DNA of 58,874 bases from an uncultured Rhodothermaceae bacterium (GTDB taxonomy: Bacteria > Bacteroidota > Rhodothermia > Rhodothermales > Bin80): NCBI GenBank assembly GCA_964639665.1, contig CAZXEU010000089.1, positions 1 to 58,874 on the forward strand. Reading direction: 5' to 3'. This document shows positions 52,472 through 58,874 of the stretch, one piece after another (the stretch's first letter is position 1; every line of letters begins with the position of its first letter). Position numbers and translations under genes: made by a program. The notes beneath the pieces were generated by a model, which saw nothing but the letters and a program-made list of their open reading frames with translations, made no database searches and was not told where the DNA came from.

Positions 52472-53680
52472 ATGTCCGGCCCCATGTACTCTGCTCAATC
52501 CCCCAAATTCGCCGCCCGTGTTCTTATTCCAGGACTCGCCTCCTTATTTCTTGTCGGCTGTTCCGGGAATGTCACGACCACAGAGGGAGACGACCCGGCG
52601 GAAGGTGCGCGCTTGATATTGTCGGAGGTATTCCGAATCGGCGAGGAGGCTAGTGGAGACCCCGTGCTCTTCGGCCCAATCTTGGGCATGGCCGTAAATT
52701 CTGCCGGCCATCTCTTCGTCGCAGACTGGAATTCAGAATCTGTACATGTATTCTCCAGTGCGGGTGGACTTATCGGACTTGTCGGTAGCCGCGGCGAGGG
52801 GCCGGGTGAATTTGAACGGGCATCTGGTATAGCAATTGGCCGTGATGATACGGTATTCGTTTGGGATGGCCAGAATGATCGGCTGTCCGCCTTTGAACCT
52901 AACAGTCACACCTTTATCTACAGCGTAACTGTAGATGCGAATGATTTCAGCAATCCAAATGCCCTTATCGGCGTGACGGATGCGGGCTTTCTGATTCGCT
53001 TCACGCCGCCGTATTGGGCACCTGGATCCGGCACGGGTCTTTCGCCTGATGCCGGGCGTGTTTCTGTAGTGAAGCTTGTAGACCGGAACGGGGCGATTGT
53101 GGGTGACCCCGTGGCGACCCTGCCCGCCTCCGAAGTAATCGTGCATACGTCCGACGATGCCACCAGCGTCATTCCGCTACCGTTCGGGCGGGGCAACTTT
53201 TTTCGCTGGAGTACGAGCGGTCGCCTTCTATTCGGTTGGAACGAGACCATTGCCATCGCAATAGGTACGACCACCGGGGAGGTGCAAGACACGGTCAAGA
53301 ACGTGACTCGGGCCGCGTCCGTAACCGACAGGGACGTGAACGCCTATCTGAATGGAAGGTCGCGACAGATCAGACAACTCATCAGATCGTACGACCTGCC
53401 CAAGACCAAACCGGCCTACGACACTTTTGTGGTCGACGACCGGGATCGGATCTGGATCAAGATGGCGCGGGAAGCGAAGGAAACTGATGCTACATGGATA
53501 GTCCTAAATGAGGAAAGCGTCGTTGTTGCGAGTGCTGTTCTGCCGGGAAGCATCGAGCTGAGAGTCATCAGTGACGGTCGCGCCTACGGCAGCGGCATGA
53601 CGCAGTCCGGCGAGCCGTTCGTGGCAGCCTACGGCCTTGGCAGCGGAGAATTGGCCTGGACCGAATTCCGGCCTCGCTAG
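52472..53680 (+). CDS. 6-bladed beta-propeller lipoprotein, GxGPGEF type (paralog 3)
   Basis: Lipobox ASLFLVGCSG. Family blocks are FRIGEEASGDPVLFGPILGMAVNSAGHLFVAD, GSRGEGPGEF and LPKTKPAYDTFVVDDRDRIWI. Confidence 0.8.
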   Translation: MSGPMYSAQSPKFAARVLIPGLASLFLVGCSGNVTTTEGDDPAEGARLILSEVFRIGEEASGDPVLFGPILGMAVNSAGHLFVADWNSESVHVFSSAGGLIGLVGSRGEGPGEFERASGIAIGRDDTVFVWDGQNDRLSAFEPNSHTFIYSVTVDANDFSNPNALIGVTDAGFLIRFTPPYWAPGSGTGLSPDAGRVSVVKLVDRNGAIVGDPVATLPASEVIVHTSDDATSVIPLPFGRGNFFRWSTSGRLLFGWNETIAIAIGTTTGEVQDTVKNVTRAASVTDRDVNAYLNGRSRQIRQLIRSYDLPKTKPAYDTFVVDDRDRIWIKMAREAKETDATWIVLNEESVVVASAVLPGSIELRVISDGRAYGSGMTQSGEPFVAAYGLGSGELAWTEFRPR

Positions 53681-53824
53681 CTTGGAACGAGCCTCCAATC
53701 CGGGGCCTTAGGTCTCGCGGCGTCTGCGCTAGCGCTCGACCCAAGCTGTCGCGACGGCGAATCTGCCGGTGAAAATGCCTATTCCCGCCTGGCATGTCCC
53801 GGGTATGCCGGGCGCCGATCTTGG

Positions 53825-54091
53825 TCAGCTTTCGGCAAGTATTTCGCGGTTGTATCGCAGCGCCTCGATATAGGCTAGACAGGCCGTCGCTCGGGACTGC
53901 ATCACGGAAATACTATTCCGATACCTGATCGCGTGGCACGTCCGTTCCATGTCCTGGACCGAGACTTCTATCGGTCCGGTAAACGGCTTCGGTAGCGGGT
54001 CATCCCACTGCGGCCCCCGCTGGTTTGCCAGCATCGATGCGCCTAATGTGAACAGAGCGACTAGGCATACGAGAATTACAGTGCGTCGCAT
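53825..54091 (-). CDS. hypothetical small secreted protein (88 aa, two Cys in the mature part)
   Basis: MRRTVILVCLVALFTLGASMLANQ is a signal peptide. GGGAGGA lies 3 nt upstream of the ATG at 54091. The mature region contains ERTCHAIRY and ATACLAYIE. The longer ORF-track start at 54187 was rejected. Confidence 0.5.
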   Translation of the reverse strand: MRRTVILVCLVALFTLGASMLANQRGPQWDDPLPKPFTGPIEVSVQDMERTCHAIRYRNSISVMQSRATACLAYIEALRYNREILAES

Positions 54092-55392
54092 GGATCCTCC
54101 CAGGTTGGGTTTGGAGTTTGGAGTACTCGGAATTCGTACTCCCGCATGGATGGCGGGGCAAAGGCGCTGGCCCGCCGACTCGGACATCGTTAGCGCTGGC
54201 CCCGGCTAGGTCAGAAGTTCCACGAAAGTCTGCGGGAACAGGTTTCTCATGTTCGGCAAGTATCGGCGATTTCGCGGCGAATGGCCGGCTAGGCAATAAG
54301 GGTGCGGGCTTCCGCCGTGCATTAATTGCTTGCCACGAAATACCAACAGAACGTTGCAAGTGGAGCGCTGCCTTGGCCGTAGGTGGTCCGGGCGCCCCTG
54401 GTAGCCGCATTGAATCGCCTATTGGCACTTCCGAGAAGTGGGCAAGGAGTGCACTTGTCTTCTCGGCCGTTGATGCCAATCGGTCACGCAACTTGGGAGG
54501 CACTGCGCGCACTCCGATATTCAGCGCATGACTCAAGAGAAGCACGGCCTGCTGCGCTCTGTGAAACCGAGCAGGCAGAATTCTTGCCATGGCTCGTTGC
54601 AGCGGCCGGTACCTGCTTCTGCATCATCACATAGCAGCGGCGCAATGCCACCTGCAAACGACGCCGGGTGGCTGCAGGTCAGGGCACTCTGATCCTGTAA
54701 TTGGAGGGTGCGTGCCTGGCACTGCGACGCTTCCCACTTTGCTCCAGCAACCGCATCATCGGGGCAAAGCGCCGCTCGTATCGGGCGGAATCACAAGCAT
54801 GTTCACCGAGGATTACCGGTGTAGGTCGTTTGTTGGATTCGGCGGACGGCTCGTCGCCTTGCCGGTGCAGACATATCCTCAGAAAACGGGACATTGGCCG
54901 ATCGCATAATTCGAATTTCGAATGCTTGGCAGATGCGGCGTACGCATGTCACTGAGCTTCACGGGCGTCACCAATCGAATTCCAGTCAGAAACAGGGGAG
55001 CACGTCAGCGCAAGCGTCTGTAGCCAGGACTCGTGCACCCGGTGAACGTATAGCTCCACCAACAACCACCAGGGTTCTGCACGTAGGTGTTTCGAAGGCG
55101 TACTGCACGGCCGGGTCCTTGGGGTCTATCGTCCGGCCTCCTGGGCCCTTGGCGCAACTGCCCTCAAAGCCACCCGTATCGTATACATATGGGCTAGTCT
55201 GAACTGTGGTTTGGCTGCATGCTTTGCTTCAATCGTCCGGGAGAGCCGAGTGTAGTGAGCTGCGTGGCCGCATCTCCTTCGCGGCCCTGACACGCCGGCT
55301 GATGATCCACGCGGGCCGAAATGACTACCAAGCCCCGGAATCCTGAACTGCGAGCGCAATCTGATCCGGTGCTGGCCGGTAGCTCGCGGCGC

Positions 55393-57681
55393 ATGCAAAT
55401 TGAGCCCGCTCGCTGCGGACTAGTCGCTGCACCAAGCGGACCTGGTCTGCTCCCGGCTCTGGCGGGAATGCTCAGCGTAATAACGCTGGCAGTCGCGCTT
55501 CCTTTTGATGCTGCCAGCCAGACGGTTTTCTGGCCGCTTGTTCGCGGTAGCATTGCCGATGGCGATGGCATGCCGCTGGAGTTCGTGAACGTGCAGATTG
55601 CCGGTTCCACGGACGGAGCGGCTACGACGACGGACGGCTGGTTTGAATTCCGGACGCGCCATACAGGAGAGCAGCGAATCCGGGCCACGATGATCGGATT
55701 CGAAGAACACCTGGAGCCGGTATTCCTTACGTCGGGCGACACCGTCACCGTTATTATCGTTCTTCGAAAAGCTCTCGTCAGACTGAACGAGACCATCGTC
55801 GAAGCGGACGCCTACACTACAGGTGATGCTGAGGCTGCTACGCTAAAGACGTTGGAAGTGGTTACGACCGCTGGCGCGGCTGCCGATATATTCCAGGCAA
55901 TAAAGACGTTTCCGGGCCTTGCAATGGTAGACGAAGGCGCAGGGCTCTTCGTTCGCGGCGGCGACGTGAGTGAAACGGTCGTCCTTCTGGACCAGGCGAC
56001 CGTGACTCATCCGTACAAGTTCGAGACTCCCACCGGTGGCGTCTTCGGGACCATATCCCCTTTTCTGGTTCGAGGCACGGTGTTCTCGGCCGGTGGTTTC
56101 TCCGCCAAGTACGGGAACGCGCTCTCAGCAATTCTGGCTATGGACAGCCAGGATATGCCTCCGGCTCAGCAATACACTCTGGGTCTTGGGATCGCTGCCG
56201 CATCAGTGGCGGCTCACGTCCCGCTGGTTGCCCGAAGATTGGGCTTGCGCTTTACGGGTAACCGCAGCTCTACGGGCGCAATGTTCCGGCTCAACGGCCA
56301 GAAGGACCGGTTCGTGACTACCCCGAGGAGTCTCGACGGCAATCTCAGCGTCATTTACCAGTATTCACCCGCCGGTCGCGTGAAGCTGTTCAATTTCGTA
56401 ACTGATGAATCGGTGGGAGTGTATGTACCGGAGCCTTCATTCGATGGCACTTACCGTGGCGAGACTACCAGCTGGCTCCACAATATTCAGTGGACGGACG
56501 TCGTCGGGGATTGGTTTGTGCAAGCCAGCGCCTCACTGAGTCGCTATGCAGCCCGACAGCAGCTAGGAGGTCTTGACCTTGAGCCGGGCGATGACATGTA
56601 CAAGCTTAGAATCGATGCCGAGCACGAGTACAATCGGCGCCTTGGCCTGCGCGTCGGCGCCGAGGCCGAACGCACGCTAAGCCACTTTGTGGGTAGTGTA
56701 CCGACTCATGATAGAGTTCTTGATCCCCGCGCGCAGAAGCTGGTCTTGGATGAGACCGACTCTGCAACGCGCGTCGGCGTTTATGGAGAAGGGGAATTCG
56801 GGCTGGCCAGACGGCTTGTGCTGGTGGCCGGCATTCGGGCAGATTTCCACTCGATGTCGGATCGCGCCACGATTGATCCGCGTTTCTCCGTTCGATACCT
56901 GGTTTCAGAAGCATCGCGTATCCGGCTGGCCTGGGGTCTGTTTCATCAATACGCGTCGCCTTACCAGTACAATGCGACCTCCTCCTTGTCGGCCCTCAAG
57001 CCCCAGATGGCACGCCATTTCATATTGGGTTGGCATACGGAGCACGGACCATGGATGCTTCGGCTGGAGGCCTATGACAAACAGTACCGCGATCTGACGC
57101 TTGCCACAAGCGGATCGACCTTTACGAGTTCAAGCGAGGGCAGCGCGCGAGGTCTGGATTTCTTTCTGAAGTACAGCGCCTATCTGGAGACCCGCCTGAA
57201 CGGCTGGATTGCTTACTCGCTGCTTGACTCCAAGCGGCTGCAGACTCGTTATCTCGGTCGCTCGCAGTTGATTGAGCAGGGACCCTCTCCTTTTGACATC
57301 ACCCACAACCTGGCGATCGTCGGCAAGGTAAGAGTTGCCTGGTATCTGTACGGCAGCGTTACGCTCAGGCATGCCACTGGACGTCCGATTACGCCCGTGC
57401 TGGACGCCATTGCTGGAGAAGAGGGGAATTACTATTTGCCCGTCGAGGGACCACCGGGGTCAGAGCGTCTGCCCGATTTCCGCAGACTGGACGTGTCAGC
57501 AAGTTACTTCCTGCCGTTGGGAGCGCACAATGCCACCGTCTACTTCTCCGTAGGCAATGCGCTTAACAGACCCAATGTACTGGACTACGACTATGCCCTG
57601 GACTATTCCACGCGCAGCAAACGGTCCACGCAGTACCGTCGATTCCTCTATTTCGGAGCGGTAATAAATCTCTCACCTTAG
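55393..57681 (+). CDS. TonB-dependent receptor with N-terminal carboxypeptidase-regulatory-like domain
   Basis: The CarbopepD_reg-like segment is GSIADGDGMPLEFVNVQIAGSTDGAATTTDGWFEFRT. The plug is LEVVTTAGAAADIFQAIKTFPGLAMVDEGAGLFVRGGDVSETVVLLDQATVTHPY, followed by a long beta-barrel with alternating pattern. The start is uncertain (55321, 55393 or 55468). Confidence 0.75.
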   Translation: MQIEPARCGLVAAPSGPGLLPALAGMLSVITLAVALPFDAASQTVFWPLVRGSIADGDGMPLEFVNVQIAGSTDGAATTTDGWFEFRTRHTGEQRIRATMIGFEEHLEPVFLTSGDTVTVIIVLRKALVRLNETIVEADAYTTGDAEAATLKTLEVVTTAGAAADIFQAIKTFPGLAMVDEGAGLFVRGGDVSETVVLLDQATVTHPYKFETPTGGVFGTISPFLVRGTVFSAGGFSAKYGNALSAILAMDSQDMPPAQQYTLGLGIAAASVAAHVPLVARRLGLRFTGNRSSTGAMFRLNGQKDRFVTTPRSLDGNLSVIYQYSPAGRVKLFNFVTDESVGVYVPEPSFDGTYRGETTSWLHNIQWTDVVGDWFVQASASLSRYAARQQLGGLDLEPGDDMYKLRIDAEHEYNRRLGLRVGAEAERTLSHFVGSVPTHDRVLDPRAQKLVLDETDSATRVGVYGEGEFGLARRLVLVAGIRADFHSMSDRATIDPRFSVRYLVSEASRIRLAWGLFHQYASPYQYNATSSLSALKPQMARHFILGWHTEHGPWMLRLEAYDKQYRDLTLATSGSTFTSSSEGSARGLDFFLKYSAYLETRLNGWIAYSLLDSKRLQTRYLGRSQLIEQGPSPFDITHNLAIVGKVRVAWYLYGSVTLRHATGRPITPVLDAIAGEEGNYYLPVEGPPGSERLPDFRRLDVSASYFLPLGAHNATVYFSVGNALNRPNVLDYDYALDYSTRSKRSTQYRRFLYFGAVINLSP

Positions 57682-57767
57682 CACCCGTGGCAATGCAGAC
57701 AGACCAAGCGTGTCTACCACAGCGCGGCCTTGAAGAAGAAACCGGATACCAGCAGATCCGGAAACCA

Positions 57768-58580
57768 ATGGCCGAATGGCGGAAGCCCGGCCGAATTCGA
57801 TGCTCGGCCAGTTTGCTGGCAGTCCTTTTTTCCTCCTCGCTGGTCATCGCCCAGCCAGCTGATTCACTTCTGGTGCTTGCAAAGCAGAAGCTGCAGCAAG
57901 CCACGCATGATGGCAGCGTCGACCATATTCTGCTAGCCCGCACAATGATTGAGCGGGCGCTTGCCGACGAGAATCTGGCCACGCTCGCACATTACTACGC
58001 AGGGTATTCCGCACAACTGCTTGTAGGCCTGCTGACGAGTGATGAGACCAGCGCCTCCAGGTCGGATTTGCTCGCATATCTCGATTATGCCATCCTGCAC
58101 CTGGAAAAGGCGACCGAACGTGACCCGTCATTTGCCGAAGCCTGGGCACTACTGGCCAGCGCGTATGGGAGGAAGATTGGCCTAAGGCCGCTCTTGGGCA
58201 TGCGGCTTGGACCGAAATCAAGCCGGGCCCAGCAGATGTCGGTCCAACTTGAGCCGGAGAATCCAAGGGTTGCGATGCTTGCGGCTATTAGTGACTATAA
58301 CACGCCCAGGATCTGGGGAGGCAGCAAGGCGCAGGCTTTGAGTGGATTTCACCGTGCGGCGCGGCTATTTGAGGAAGAATCCATAACGGATCCGCTCCAG
58401 CCCTCTTGGGGACATAGCGAGGTTTATGCATGGCTTGGCATTGCCTACATGGACAGGGATGAATTACCTGAAGCGCGCAGAGCGCTTGAATCGGCATTGG
58501 ACATCGATCCGGAGTTCGGCTGGGTCAAGTACGAACTCTTGCCGTCACTTGAGCGTCGTGAGCTTGTCTCGGCCGAGTGA
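57768..58580 (+). CDS. secreted TPR-like helical-repeat protein
   Basis: Signal MAEWRKPGRIRCSASLLAVLFSSSLVIAQ. TPR-like segments include AEAWALLASAYGRKIG and SEVYAWLGIAYMDRDELPEARRALESALDIDPEF. Confidence 0.6.
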   Translation: MAEWRKPGRIRCSASLLAVLFSSSLVIAQPADSLLVLAKQKLQQATHDGSVDHILLARTMIERALADENLATLAHYYAGYSAQLLVGLLTSDETSASRSDLLAYLDYAILHLEKATERDPSFAEAWALLASAYGRKIGLRPLLGMRLGPKSSRAQQMSVQLEPENPRVAMLAAISDYNTPRIWGGSKAQALSGFHRAARLFEEESITDPLQPSWGHSEVYAWLGIAYMDRDELPEARRALESALDIDPEFGWVKYELLPSLERRELVSAE

Positions 58581-58874
58581 ATGGGGAAAGCTCCCGGATG
58601 AAGACCTGGTGGTGTTGGGTACCTGGGATTGCCGTTTCGGCAACCAAGTTGTTCGCATGTATGGCGTATCTCGGAGTGCGTGGGTGAGCGAACCGCTCGG
58701 CTGGCCGACAGTGGAACAGATTGTTGGGAAGGGCCGGAAAACGAAAGTAAATTCAGCTCGGCAAACCGGCAACTCCCGAACATTCTGAAAACCGCAACGG
58801 CGCTTGCCGATCCTTTCCGGCCATCTGCAGGCGAGCATCTGGCCGATGGCTACGGACTTTCCGAACCCTTGAGC

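Noticed and set aside
54000-54590. 196-aa minus-strand ORF spanning the small secreted gene's upstream region
   Set aside because: It is out of frame with, and overlapping, the better-supported 88-aa gene. The translation has no motif and is rich in A/P/R/S.
54982-54998. ccagtcagaaacagggg upstream of the TonB-dependent receptor, checked as a possible cobalamin-riboswitch B12 box; TPP and other receptor-associated riboswitch cores were also looked for
   Set aside because: It matches only AGTCAG of the B12-box consensus. The GCCACTG core and flanking conserved helices are absent from 54190-55392. No CTGAGA...ACCTGA TPP core is present either.

Overview
This 58.9-kb window is high-GC bacterial chromosome. 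By eye most of it is about 62-70% GC, with visibly lower GC in the last ~12 kb. I call about 44 protein genes and one tRNA-Val(CAC). I found no rRNA, CRISPR array, transposase, integrase or reverse transcriptase.

Lineage is inferred, not proven. Two proteins end in YPNPF...VxLAR-type T9SS C-terminal sorting domains. The housekeeping sigma factor is the short 279-aa Bacteroidota type, and nuoI sits alone, away from any nuo operon. Together these point to the FCB group, possibly Rhodothermota-like.

Positions 1-46 kb are mostly core functions: uppP, der, nuoI, holA, rpoD, rpoZ, uvrA and recG. These are interleaved with secreted or lipoprotein enzymes:
- three choice-of-anchor-B paralogs
- an FAD-oxidoreductase/DUF1080 fusion
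- an S9 peptidase
- a PQQ sugar dehydrogenase
- two Cys-type sulfatases plus a formylglycine-generating enzyme
- a sialate O-acetylesterase
- a tolC-macA-macB(ATPase) operon with no permease gene

The best candidate for an undescribed system lies at about 46.4-54.1 kb, possibly extending to 58.6 kb. It holds three paralogous GxGPGEF-type 6-bladed beta-propeller proteins, two with clear lipoprotein signals. With them are a 698-aa lipoprotein fusing helical/TPR repeats to a TlpA-like WCGPC thioredoxin domain, two small membrane or secreted proteins, two ORF-poor stretches of 0.7-1.2 kb, and a TonB-dependent receptor plus TPR protein pair.

All product calls rest on motifs I recognised in the translations. 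No database search was run. Start codons were often moved downstream of the ORF-track start to the first plausible signal peptide or conserved N-terminus.
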